Shown one piece after another: positions 1 through 9,355 of a stretch of DNA of 64,000 bases (position 1 is its first letter; each line of letters begins with the position of its first letter). Location of the stretch: positions 7,034 to 71,033 of the forward strand of contig JAKSKU010000008.1 of NCBI GenBank assembly GCA_024401565.1, in the 5' to 3' direction. This DNA comes from Paludibacteraceae bacterium. Lineage in GTDB: Bacteria; Bacteroidota; Bacteroidia; Bacteroidales; Paludibacteraceae. The position numbers were made by a program, and so were the translations under genes. The notes under the pieces were generated by a model. That model was not told where the DNA came from. It saw nothing but the letters and a program-made list of their open reading frames with translations, and made no database searches.

Positions 1-187
1 ACAAAAAAAACGACCTCTATCTGCATCATTTTTTACGAAAACTCATCATTTTTACGCAACAACAAGAACAACATATACGCAAAATAGATACATTTGCAAT
101 TGCGGAAAAAGATAAAAATATCCAAACAAAACATTGTTTAGAGTTGTTTAGTTTGACTGATTAAATAATAATTTATAATTAGGTATT

Positions 188-1582
188 ATGAAAAACAGAG
201 TTTTTACAAAAGCCATGTCGGCAGCAATATGTTTGCCACTAGCAATGGCTGCATTCGTAGGTTGCAGCGACGACGAAGTCAACAACAATCAGAATGGAGA
301 GAACATTCCATCAAAAGAAGTTGTCGGTGGAGAAAGACTATCTCTTGCGTCTTTGACACAAGAAAAGAAGAGCAACATTTCCGCTCGCACTAACGGATTC
401 TCTTGGAAGATGCTTTCTGAAGTGGCAAAGCAAAAAGGCAACGCAAACAACACTTTCCTTTCTCCTCTTAGTTTGGCGATCGACTTGGGTATGCTTCAGA
501 ACGGAGCAAACGGCGACACTTACACAGAAATCGTAAACAGTATCGGTCTACAGGACTTCTCTTCTTCTGAAGTCAACTCTTATTTCAGCAGCATCATCTC
601 TGATTTGCAGAAGGCAGACCCAACAGTTGATTTGAATGTAGCCAACATCATCTACTACAACAACAACTTAGTGAGTGAACTTAACCCAGACTTCACAAAA
701 TTTATCACCACAAGCTATGAAGCTCCAGTAAAGGGAGGTGCAATGGACCAATCAACTGTAGATGAAGTAAACCAGTGGTGCAATGAGCAAACAAAGGGCA
801 CAATTCCTCACATAATAGATAGATTTTCCAACAACTGCATCATTGCTCTTTTGAATGCAATCTATTTGAAAGGAGACTTCACCAACAAACTTATGCCTAC
901 TATGGGCAAACAAGTTTTCCAAAATGGAGAAAACAAAGATGTATTCCAACACGGAATAACAACAATGCGTAATATGTCTTACTTTGAAGACTCTGAGCTC
1001 CAATATTGTGAAATCCCTCTTGGCGGCAAAGCATTCAACGTGTTCTTCGCCCTTCCTAAAGAAGGTAAAAACGCAGTAGGAACAGCTGATAATCTTGCAT
1101 CCAACTGGAACAAGATGATCCAAAATCTTTCTGACACCTTAGTTTATTTCACAGCTCCTCAATTCAAGACAGAACTTGAAATAAAAGGAGACTCAATGAG
1201 ACGTGCCATGGGAGCGTTGGGCATAAAGACTATGTTCGATGAAAAGGAAGCAGACTTGAGAGGATGCATAACGTCTAAAGATTTCTACCCATACACTGAC
1301 ATTCTTAATCTTTACGTAGGAAACGTGGCACAGAAAACTCATTTTGAGATATCCACAGATGGTGTAAAAGCCAGTGCAGCAACAATCATAGAAGTTGTCG
1401 CGAAGGTCACTTCTACTGAACCTGTAGTGATTCCTGATCATGTTGTCATGAACGTCAACCATCCATTCGTATTCGGTATCAGAGAAGCTTCAACAGGTAC
1501 TATTCTATTCAATGGTATCTGCAACGATCCTACATTGATGGAGATAGACAACGAGAATGAATTAAATAATATTCCATTTTAA
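188..1582 (+). CDS. Serpin-family serine protease inhibitor, predicted surface lipoprotein
   Basis: 464-aa ORF with ATG at 188. Lipobox ..AAFVG-C is followed by acidic SDDE. It has the serpin N-terminal block FLSPLSLAIDLGMLQNGANGDT, a hinge/reactive-centre loop DGVKASAATIIEVVAKV, and the C-terminal serpin signature NVNHPFVFGIRE. Confidence 0.9.
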   Translation: MKNRVFTKAMSAAICLPLAMAAFVGCSDDEVNNNQNGENIPSKEVVGGERLSLASLTQEKKSNISARTNGFSWKMLSEVAKQKGNANNTFLSPLSLAIDLGMLQNGANGDTYTEIVNSIGLQDFSSSEVNSYFSSIISDLQKADPTVDLNVANIIYYNNNLVSELNPDFTKFITTSYEAPVKGGAMDQSTVDEVNQWCNEQTKGTIPHIIDRFSNNCIIALLNAIYLKGDFTNKLMPTMGKQVFQNGENKDVFQHGITTMRNMSYFEDSELQYCEIPLGGKAFNVFFALPKEGKNAVGTADNLASNWNKMIQNLSDTLVYFTAPQFKTELEIKGDSMRRAMGALGIKTMFDEKEADLRGCITSKDFYPYTDILNLYVGNVAQKTHFEISTDGVKASAATIIEVVAKVTSTEPVVIPDHVVMNVNHPFVFGIREASTGTILFNGICNDPTLMEIDNENELNNIPF

Positions 1583-1602
1583 TTACGTTTAAGTTTGATA
1601 GC

Positions 1603-1632
1603 AAAGCCAGGCACAAAAATGTGTCTGGCTTT
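1603..1632 (+). terminator. Hairpin terminator downstream of the serpin gene
   Basis: 12-bp stem AAAGCCAGGCAC/GTGTCTGGCTTT (one G-U pair) with a 6-nt loop, 20 nt after the stop codon. The T tract is weak. Confidence 0.55.
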
Positions 1633-1851
1633 GTCATTCTATAAAAGCAAGTATTCCCTTAACAATCAAGCAAATAACCAAAACGTACAAATTATGAAAT
1701 TGTACAAAATGTGAACTTCACAATCTGTACGGACACATTTCACCAACTGTCCACACCACCACCAAGTCTTGACATACTTTTGCATCGTCAACGGGAACGA
1801 GAGAGTTACCCCAGACAATTAGAATTATTAATTATCATATATTACAAAAGG

Positions 1852-2130
1852 ATGAAAAAGACATTTTTAACAATCGCATTCATGGCTGTTACATTTTTTG
1901 CTAACGCATTTCAGAGTCGTTTATACTCAGTCGACTTCGACAAGAAAGAGTTTAGCCAGAACGGACATAAATATGAGCTTGTAGAGCTTAATAAAGTCAC
2001 GCAACCAGGCGAACGCGTGGTGACATTCATGTGTGTGGATAAAGAAAGTCACTTAGATTCATTCATTTTGACGTTTTCAGAGAAAGGTCAATTCGTAAAG
2101 TTCAAGACAACAAAACTAGACGAACAATAA
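1852..2130 (+). CDS. Small secreted hypothetical protein (92 aa)
   Basis: The ORF track starts at 1711, but the internal ATG at 1852 gives a classical signal peptide MKKTFLTIAFMAVTFFANAF. No recognisable domain. Confidence 0.55.
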   Translation: MKKTFLTIAFMAVTFFANAFQSRLYSVDFDKKEFSQNGHKYELVELNKVTQPGERVVTFMCVDKESHLDSFILTFSEKGQFVKFKTTKLDEQ

Positions 2131-2154
2131 TCGAACTTAAACGAGTCAAAGATA

Positions 2155-2184
2155 AAGGGGCTGACCCAGATTGGCCAGCCCCTT
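2155..2184. terminator. Bidirectional hairpin between convergent genes
   Basis: GGGGCTG..CAGCCCC stem flanked by A and T residues. It lies between the stop at 2130 (+) and the stop at 2218 (-). Confidence 0.55.
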
Positions 2185-2217
2185 GTCATATAAGAATGTG
2201 TGTTTTGACGGAAGCTT

Positions 2218-5200
2218 TTACTGCTTTACGAGTTTAGCAACCATACCATCCAATCTCAACATATACACTCCAGCAGGATAATCAGCTCCAAACTGCATTC
2301 CTGGAATTGCCTCACCAGTCTCGATCACCTGACCAACCATATTTGTCACAATATAGCTTCCTTCAGCCATAAGTGTCCATGCTGTAGACGTCGGGTTAGG
2401 ATATACAAGATTGTCACCCACAGCGTCGAACTGCTCCACAGAAGCCTCAGTTTCAGTAGTACAAACCACAGATCCGTTTGCTGCCAATGGAGTGGCAATA
2501 ATATCACCATGATTGTCTGGAGTACAAGTAGCAAACACCTTCATTGCAGTGTCACCGTCTGCAGATCTACCAAACGACTCGTTTCTGCCATGAAGCTGAT
2601 AAGTCATCTCGTCAATCAAAGTATCACCAGAAGCCAACGGCATAACCAACTGTATCTTCTGCGAAACTTCCGCATTCAACTTGAAATTCAAGTGAAGAGC
2701 ACCGTCATTCTTACCCTTGTCAGCCCATAGCATCACTCTGCCATTCGCAGGAATGATTGTAGACTCAGATCCATAAGCGATCGTTGTCGCCGACATAGCA
2801 GAAACATTCTTAATCTGCATACCAGCCAAATCCACATCGTGATCCTCGCTGTTGTAGATCTCAATCCAGTCGGAAGCAGTGCCATACTCATCAAGATGAG
2901 CACCGTTTGATGCACAAACCTCGTTGATAAACAATCTTGGCACAGAGAATTTCTCATCTTTAGTCAACAAAACCTGAATATCAGTACCGTCAACACTTGC
3001 ACTATCTATTATCATCATCGACGAAGGATCCTCTGTCAATGTGCCGTTTACAGTCCAAGATGACACCTTATATCCTGTAGGCACTCTCACCTCCACCTTC
3101 ACACGTTCTCCCACAAACAACTTCTGGTCGAACACTGTGTTCTTAAACTCATTCTTATTAACCCAGAACACATAATCAGGCTCCTCTGCACCATCAAACT
3201 CAACTCTAACAGAAACATCGGCTCTGACATTATTCACACCAAGATACTTTGCCAACTGTTTAGCGACGTTTGCTGGTCGTTTTGTGACAAAATTACGCAT
3301 GGTAGATATCTCCGCCTCATACTTGGTTCTGTTTCCTACGTATCCATGATCCGGACACGCCATTGTGGCGCACATATCCACCTTTGTAAGAGCCATAAAA
3401 GAATCGATCATTGCATTGGTTCTTTCCTTATAGAAATAATTATCCATCGCATACATGAACCTATCAACGAACTTGTATTTAAAATCACTATTTCTAATCA
3501 ATCCGTCGAGCATCATAGAGTAGTCTTCATCCTCAGAAAGTGCAAAATCCATCATGTTCTTAGTGACGCTTGAATGCATTGACAAACCGAAATCTGTATC
3601 ATAAACCATCCAACGCCAGCGTCCTCCGTTTTTCTTTCTCCAAACCTTGATATTGTTGATGACCCAGTCTGTATTTGCAACAAACTGCTCTAGGATCTGA
3701 TAGTCAATATATTCATCCATATCTATCATCTGACACATCTTGTCGAAATAGTCCTCATCCTCATAGTTTTCATACGCATATTCCTGCATAGCGTAGAAAT
3801 CCTCATTCGAACCAATCTGAGCAACGTATCCTGAACCATTGACAACCTTCAAAAGCTCAATGTCGTCATCCTCCAAGCCGTAGTTCTGGTAAATATATGT
3901 CTCATCCATACGCTCACGCAAGCCCATCATTCCATGGAATTTTCCATTCAAGAAATAAGCCACAGGCATATACGACTGCAAATCAATATTCAAGCCTTTA
4001 GCTAAGTTCTGCATATAGCCGTCTCTCCAACGAGGGAACAGATATCCATAGCCATTACCACCGTTTCTTAATGTAAGCGCCTTATATTTTGTGTAGCTTC
4101 TGTCGGGGAAGAACTTGTCGTACTGGAACTTATTCTCGCCAGTACGCTTATTTGTCTTAATCTTAAATGTCTTCACGCCATTCGAACGAGAGCATCCTCC
4201 CTGCAAGCCAACCTCAACCTCCTGACTATTCACAGACTTGCCATCCACAATATATTCAAAGTTGGCCGGACGGTACCACTCCTGATGATAGTTGGCAATC
4301 TTGATCTTATCCGTAGAACAGATAGTTCTTGCTCCATTTGTACCAACGACACAGATTCCCAAAGAATCACTATAAAGATCAATGCTGTCCGCCACGATCG
4401 AAACTATAGGAAGAGTTGTCTCACCACAAGTCTCATAGTATTTTCCTAAATATAGGTAAGACGCAGTTGAGACCTCACTCCAAAGAGATCCATCCTTAAA
4501 TCCTCTGGCACGAATGATTGTATTGTCCGACACCTCAATAGGTGCAGTGTATTCAATGCTGTTGTCTAATGTCGGAATACTTCCGTCTAATGTATAAAGA
4601 ATCTTTGCTCCTTCTGTCGCGCATGTCAACTCAACTGTCGCAGTGTTTCCCGCGCCAATCAAACCAGGAGCAGTGCCCTCAAACTTAGGTTTTTCAACTC
4701 TCTTTGCTATATCAAAAGCAGCTCCGTTTTTCTCTCCCGGAGTAGCCTCCATGTAACCCTCATTTGAATATGACACATGTGGGAACTGAACAGGATATGA
4801 CAACGAGATAGTGTCTCCCTCATTTGAGAAGATCACGGATCCAGCATCCGAGCAAAGTTTCTTCTGAACACTACCCACATACAACGGATGAACAGCCATA
4901 GCGTCAGTGCTTGAAGTCTCCTCCTTGCCGAAGAACATCAAACTGTAACCTGTAGGCAAAACATGCGACTTTGAAAGAGTCAGCTGCCAATTAAACTTTC
5001 CCTCCTTGTCGTTTCTGACAGTCCATCCCTTCAAGTCCACAGGATCTCCATCATTGTAGAACTCGACATAGCCATTATAATCATACTTATCGCTCACAAC
5101 AGTAGCGATATTACTTGGCATGATCTCTGTGATAGTCACAGTTGCCGACACTGCCACAGCGGAAGCCGCAAATGTCGAGACAAATAACGGTCTTAAAATT

Positions 5201-5229
5201 CTAGTAAAAAAGTTGTAAGTTTTATTCAT
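2218..5229 (-). CDS. CotH-kinase-family protein with two lamin-tail (LTD) domains and a T9SS C-terminal sorting domain
   Basis: ATG at 5229 (MNKTYNFF.. signal peptide). There are two LTD-like segments: ITEIMPSN..YVEFYNDGDPVDLKGWTV and LFINEVCASN..DWIEIYNSEDHDVDLAGMQI. The central region is CotH-like (LRNGGNGYGYLFPRWRDGYMQNLAKGLNID..). The C-terminus VYPNPTS..GVYMLRLDGMVAKLVKQ is typical of a type-A T9SS CTD. Confidence 0.8.
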   Translation of the reverse strand: MNKTYNFFTRILRPLFVSTFAASAVAVSATVTITEIMPSNIATVVSDKYDYNGYVEFYNDGDPVDLKGWTVRNDKEGKFNWQLTLSKSHVLPTGYSLMFFGKEETSSTDAMAVHPLYVGSVQKKLCSDAGSVIFSNEGDTISLSYPVQFPHVSYSNEGYMEATPGEKNGAAFDIAKRVEKPKFEGTAPGLIGAGNTATVELTCATEGAKILYTLDGSIPTLDNSIEYTAPIEVSDNTIIRARGFKDGSLWSEVSTASYLYLGKYYETCGETTLPIVSIVADSIDLYSDSLGICVVGTNGARTICSTDKIKIANYHQEWYRPANFEYIVDGKSVNSQEVEVGLQGGCSRSNGVKTFKIKTNKRTGENKFQYDKFFPDRSYTKYKALTLRNGGNGYGYLFPRWRDGYMQNLAKGLNIDLQSYMPVAYFLNGKFHGMMGLRERMDETYIYQNYGLEDDDIELLKVVNGSGYVAQIGSNEDFYAMQEYAYENYEDEDYFDKMCQMIDMDEYIDYQILEQFVANTDWVINNIKVWRKKNGGRWRWMVYDTDFGLSMHSSVTKNMMDFALSEDEDYSMMLDGLIRNSDFKYKFVDRFMYAMDNYFYKERTNAMIDSFMALTKVDMCATMACPDHGYVGNRTKYEAEISTMRNFVTKRPANVAKQLAKYLGVNNVRADVSVRVEFDGAEEPDYVFWVNKNEFKNTVFDQKLFVGERVKVEVRVPTGYKVSSWTVNGTLTEDPSSMMIIDSASVDGTDIQVLLTKDEKFSVPRLFINEVCASNGAHLDEYGTASDWIEIYNSEDHDVDLAGMQIKNVSAMSATTIAYGSESTIIPANGRVMLWADKGKNDGALHLNFKLNAEVSQKIQLVMPLASGDTLIDEMTYQLHGRNESFGRSADGDTAMKVFATCTPDNHGDIIATPLAANGSVVCTTETEASVEQFDAVGDNLVYPNPTSTAWTLMAEGSYIVTNMVGQVIETGEAIPGMQFGADYPAGVYMLRLDGMVAKLVKQ

Positions 5230-5372
5230 ATCCCTCTTTTTTGTTATCAACTCAACAACAAAAGTAAGAAAAAGAATCAAAAAAACGAATTTGTCGATAA
5301 AAAAAGGGGATTTGTCGGCAATTTACACTCAAAAAGTCGTCAAACAAGATAAAATATGTAGATCATATAGCG

Positions 5373-6779
5373 TCATTCCATATCCGCGCAACGCCAGTTG
5401 ATCAGATAGACCTCCTTTGTCGAACGGGTGAGCGAAGTATATATCCATCTATAGAAATTAGTGTCGATGTTTTCGGCCCGAATAATACCAGGATCAATAA
5501 AGACGGCAGACCATTGTCCGCCTTGTGCCTTATGAGCGGTGATGGCATAGGCAAACTTCACTTGCAACGCGTTAAGGTATTTATCCTGACGCATAGCCTT
5601 GCGTCTCTCCACCTGAGTAGGGATATCCATATAATCCTCTTCTATCGCAGAATATAGTGTCTGCCACTCATTTTGGCTGAGCGACGGTGCGTCGCTATGC
5701 AAAAGATCCATCATCACAGTGGCCTCCAGTTCCACATCATAATCGGCAAAATAAAGTGTCACATCAGCATATTTATGGCCATATAGTTCAGTGATTTTGC
5801 GAACTCTTTTTACAGAAGCGGTGTCACCGTTGGCAATAAAACTCATTTCAGGAATCGTCTTCGACCAATAATAATTGTTTGCCACAATCATGATAGAGTC
5901 ACCGCCGCATAACTCATCGTCTCTATCAAGCACACGTGCGCGGACCGCCTGGTTGAACAGTTTTGCACGGGCATTGAAACGAGTGACGATAATCACATCG
6001 TCTTCCCCATATTTATTATAGCAGGAAGATATTGTTTCAACTAATTCCTGAGGATCCGCATGACAAATATCTTTATACCCTTCAACCTCAAATTCAGGAA
6101 ATTCAAAATCACACAGACCTTCATTTATACGTTCACGCAACATGGTGGCATTCAGCAATATACCACTATCAGAATTCTGGCGCACCACTTCAGTAAGTAC
6201 ACCACCATAGACAGTCAGTCCAAGACGTTCAAGAGTAGGCTGATCCAAAGCCGGAGAATAATCGAGAAAAACAGGAGGAAGCTGCGCCGTATCGCCACAA
6301 AGAAGGAGTTGGCAACCAATGCCTTCATACACATACTCCACCAAATCAGAAAGCAGATCCGTAGAATCGCCAACTTTGGTATCGCTGATCATAGACGCCT
6401 CATCCACGACAAAAAGAGTGTCACGGAAACGGTTTGTGGCAATGGCGTTCACCTCCATACGATCCTTTCCAGTCCCCATCTGATAAATCCACTTATGGAT
6501 AGTATACGCCGGAATGCCAGCATAATCGGAAAGCACTTTCGCCGCCCTGCCCGTCGGAGCAAGAAGCACCACATTGTAGCGGACTGCACGAAGAGCCTTT
6601 ATCAAAGCGCTTATAATGGTAGTTTTTCCAGTACCAGCGTAACCACGGAGCACAAAAGCAGAACGATCCTCACCGGCACAAATAAACAGAGACAATGCCT
6701 GGGCGCACAGTGTCTGAAGTTGGGTCGGTTGATGGCCAATATAGCCAATAATTTGCGATTGTAGCGATTTATAATCCAT
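5373..6779 (-). CDS. RecD/PIF1-like superfamily-1 DNA helicase
   Basis: Walker A GYAGTGKTT, Walker B VVDEASM, and the C-terminal motif AYAITAHKAQGGQWSAVFI. ATG at 6779; the track start at 6800 is a TTG. Confidence 0.85.
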   Translation of the reverse strand: MDYKSLQSQIIGYIGHQPTQLQTLCAQALSLFICAGEDRSAFVLRGYAGTGKTTIISALIKALRAVRYNVVLLAPTGRAAKVLSDYAGIPAYTIHKWIYQMGTGKDRMEVNAIATNRFRDTLFVVDEASMISDTKVGDSTDLLSDLVEYVYEGIGCQLLLCGDTAQLPPVFLDYSPALDQPTLERLGLTVYGGVLTEVVRQNSDSGILLNATMLRERINEGLCDFEFPEFEVEGYKDICHADPQELVETISSCYNKYGEDDVIIVTRFNARAKLFNQAVRARVLDRDDELCGGDSIMIVANNYYWSKTIPEMSFIANGDTASVKRVRKITELYGHKYADVTLYFADYDVELEATVMMDLLHSDAPSLSQNEWQTLYSAIEEDYMDIPTQVERRKAMRQDKYLNALQVKFAYAITAHKAQGGQWSAVFIDPGIIRAENIDTNFYRWIYTSLTRSTKEVYLINWRCADME

Positions 6780-6877
6780 ATTAAGTGAAATAAAAAGCAA
6801 AATTGCAACGCAAAATTCTAAATATTTTTATTTTTGCAAAACAATAACAAAGTAAAAACAAAAAATAGACAATAAAA

Positions 6878-7570
6878 ATGAGAGTAGTAATCACTTCGAT
6901 GCTCGTTTTGGCATCACTTTTCTTGTGTTGGTTGTGCTATGATAGCATCCACACTCCTATTGAGTTTCAGGAGCAGAGAGACATTCGTCAGAAGCCTATC
7001 ATCGCTCGTTTGATCGACATTCGTAAGGCACAGATCGAGTTCAAGGATCAGAACAATCGTTACGCAGGAAGCTTCGACGAGTTGATTACTTTTGTAAAGA
7101 ATGGCCAGAAGGCTCAGATCTTCAAGCAGGGTGAGATCACTGACGAGCAGTTGTCAAGAGGTTTGACAGAGCAGAAGGCACTTCGTTTCATCGCAGAGGA
7201 CATGGCTGATTCAGCAGCAGCTTGCGGTATCACAGATTTCGAGACATTCAAGGCTACATTCAAGCGTGACACATCTTACGTAAGCGTTTTGACTAGCATC
7301 TTCCCAGCTGGTTTCAACCCAGATTCACTTGCATTCATTCCATATTCAGGTGGTGCTAAATTTGAGTTGGATACAGTTACACAGAGAACTAAGTCTGGTC
7401 TTCCTTTGCCATTGTTCGAGGCAAGAGCTCCATACACTGTTTACTTGAACGGTTTGAACCACCGCGAGATTGTCAACCTTATCGACGAGGCTAAAAAGAC
7501 AGACAAGTACGCTGGTTTGAAGGTTGGAGACGTTGTAGCTCCAAACAACAACGCAGGAAACTGGGAGTAA
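6878..7570 (+). CDS. Membrane-anchored hypothetical protein (N-terminal TM helix, pilin/pseudopilin-like helix motif)
   Basis: 230 aa. It has one N-terminal hydrophobic helix (ITSMLVLASLFLCWLCY) followed by RLIDIRKAQIEFKDQNNRYAGSFDEL. The stop is 9 nt before the next gene. Confidence 0.6.
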   Translation: MRVVITSMLVLASLFLCWLCYDSIHTPIEFQEQRDIRQKPIIARLIDIRKAQIEFKDQNNRYAGSFDELITFVKNGQKAQIFKQGEITDEQLSRGLTEQKALRFIAEDMADSAAACGITDFETFKATFKRDTSYVSVLTSIFPAGFNPDSLAFIPYSGGAKFELDTVTQRTKSGLPLPLFEARAPYTVYLNGLNHREIVNLIDEAKKTDKYAGLKVGDVVAPNNNAGNWE

Positions 7571-7579
7571 TAGCATAAG

Positions 7580-8422
7580 ATGCAGAGAAAAGAATATTCT
7601 ATTCGCAATTTCGACGCAGCTAACAGTTATAGCAAAATATTGTCCATCCGCATTTTGCCGGATGGACTTTGTTTTGTAGTGTCAGACCCAAGCAACAACA
7701 AGTTGCTTTACATGACCAAGATAATCGACAGCACACGTCACGGAATCGACATTTTCGCAGAAGAATGCCGTGCCAACAATGTGCTCGCATCCGAATATCT
7801 GAAGACCTTCGTCATCTACGAGACTTCACAGTTCACACTCTTTCCCGCCGAAATGCTTGGCGAAGTGGGAGAGAAAAAAATCGCTGACCTTAATTTCGGC
7901 AGCACAGACGCGGCGACGGTACTCTCTGACACACTTACATCCAACTCGATTTCCATCGTCTACACAATTCCCCAACAGCACGAGGAAATCATCAGACGCA
8001 ACAAACCGACAGCGTCTATCCATAGCCAGATGCAACCATTGCTGTTCAACGCAATGTTCAACAGCAAGAAATGCAAAGGGGCTTACCTGCATCTGAATAT
8101 CCGCACGTCGTCCGTCGACGTCATTTACATAGAGGGAGGCAAACTCAAGCTTGCCAACATATTCAGCTATCAGACGGCTGACGAATTTCTGTTCTTTGTA
8201 CTTGGCCTTATGGACAACTACCATATCGACCAATACGACGTCAAATGTGTGATTAGCGGAGAGATCGACGAGTACTCATCGACAGTACAACAACTTGCAA
8301 AATACATAGCTAGGATTGAGTTTTCCGCCACACCGAATGGCATTGTGGAAAAGGCAGCCTTCTCTAGCATAAAAAATAAACATCAGTTTCTTACCATCTA
8401 TCAATTGCCGATATGCGTATAA
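7580..8422 (+). CDS. DUF3822-family protein
   Basis: 280 aa. The N-terminal LSIRILPDGLCFVV pattern matches, from memory, Bacteroidota DUF3822 proteins that sit next to rsmD. It overlaps rsmD by 10 nt. Confidence 0.6.
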   Translation: MQRKEYSIRNFDAANSYSKILSIRILPDGLCFVVSDPSNNKLLYMTKIIDSTRHGIDIFAEECRANNVLASEYLKTFVIYETSQFTLFPAEMLGEVGEKKIADLNFGSTDAATVLSDTLTSNSISIVYTIPQQHEEIIRRNKPTASIHSQMQPLLFNAMFNSKKCKGAYLHLNIRTSSVDVIYIEGGKLKLANIFSYQTADEFLFFVLGLMDNYHIDQYDVKCVISGEIDEYSSTVQQLAKYIARIEFSATPNGIVEKAAFSSIKNKHQFLTIYQLPICV

Positions 8423-8946
8423 TAAGTGGATATTTGAAAAGCAGACGATTGTCGCCGCCTGCCAACCTGAAGGCACGCCCCACTACCGACATCGCCAAAG
8501 AAGGATTGTTCAACATTCTCAACAACGAGGTTGACTTTGAGGAACTGACAGTGCTTGACATGTTTGGCGGCACAGGAAGCATCAGTTTGGAATTTATATC
8601 CAGAGGTTGCACCGACGTCACTCTGATAGAGATGAACCAAATCAATTTCAACTTCATCCGTAAGACGAGAGAAGATTTGAATCTCAAGGATTCTTGGGAA
8701 ATCATCAAAGGCGACAGTTTCAAATTCATTGAGAAATGCGGACGCAAATACGACATCATATTTGCTGACCCTCCATACTCACACGAAAGGCTGAAGGAGA
8801 TTCCTCAGCTTGTGGCAGACCTAGGGTTGCTTGCAGAAGACGGCATGTTGATTCTGGAGCATCCAAAAGATTTTGATTTCAGCGACGACGACCATTTCTT
8901 CCGTCATCGCAACTACGGACACGTCAATTTCAGTTTCTTCAAATGA
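8413..8946 (+). CDS. rsmD: 16S rRNA (guanine966-N2)-methyltransferase RsmD
   Basis: RIISGYLKSRRL..ARPTTDIAKEGLFNIL, SAM motif DMFGGTGSISLEFISRG, and catalytic FADPPY. Confidence 0.9.
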   Translation: MRIISGYLKSRRLSPPANLKARPTTDIAKEGLFNILNNEVDFEELTVLDMFGGTGSISLEFISRGCTDVTLIEMNQINFNFIRKTREDLNLKDSWEIIKGDSFKFIEKCGRKYDIIFADPPYSHERLKEIPQLVADLGLLAEDGMLILEHPKDFDFSDDDHFFRHRNYGHVNFSFFK

Positions 8947-9308
8947 AAAGCATCCGTACGATCCGTCTCAACAACATCCGCATCCACGCGTTTCACGGAG
9001 CCATTCCAACAGAAAATATAGTCGGTGCGGACTATCTAGTCAACGTGGAGGTGAAAGCCGATTGGGGAGACGCCGCAAAAAACGACGACCTCACAAAAAC
9101 AATCAACTATGCTGAAATCAACGACATAGTGAGAGAAGAGATGCACAAGCAGCGTATTCTTATCGAGACGGTGGCTGAATGTATCGTCGACAAGGTTCTT
9201 GATTCATTCTCACTAGTCGAAGAGGCAGAAGTGTCTGTGGCAAAACTGAACCCACCAATGACTGGAGAAATCGAATCTGCAGAGGTAGTTGTGAGAAAGA
9301 TTAAATAA
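8943..9308 (+). CDS. folB: Dihydroneopterin aldolase
   Basis: 121 aa with IRIHAFHGAIPTENIVGADYLVNVEV and DDLTKTINYAEI. It overlaps the rsmD stop by 4 nt (ATGA). Confidence 0.85.
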   Translation: MKSIRTIRLNNIRIHAFHGAIPTENIVGADYLVNVEVKADWGDAAKNDDLTKTINYAEINDIVREEMHKQRILIETVAECIVDKVLDSFSLVEEAEVSVAKLNPPMTGEIESAEVVVRKIK

Positions 9309-9336
9309 CGTAGAGACGCACGGTCGTGCGTCTAAC
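9309..9336. repeat. REP-like hairpin, GTAGAGACGC class
   Basis: CGTAGAGACGCACGGTCGTGCGTCTAAC with a 9-bp stem AGACGCACG/CGTGCGTCT. It lies immediately after the folB stop. Near-identical copies are at 21801 and 25882. Confidence 0.7.
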
Positions 9337-9355
9337 AACGATATAAGACATACGA

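Noticed and set aside
1711-1851. N-terminal 47 codons of track ORF 1711-2130
   Set aside because: The extension has no protein-like features and the track start is not an ATG. The internal ATG at 1852 gives a canonical signal peptide.
6060-6764. 234-aa ORF on the + strand inside the helicase gene
   Set aside because: It is antisense to a CDS with clear helicase motifs. Its translation is low-complexity and Arg/Ile/Thr-rich with no motifs. This is a typical shadow ORF.
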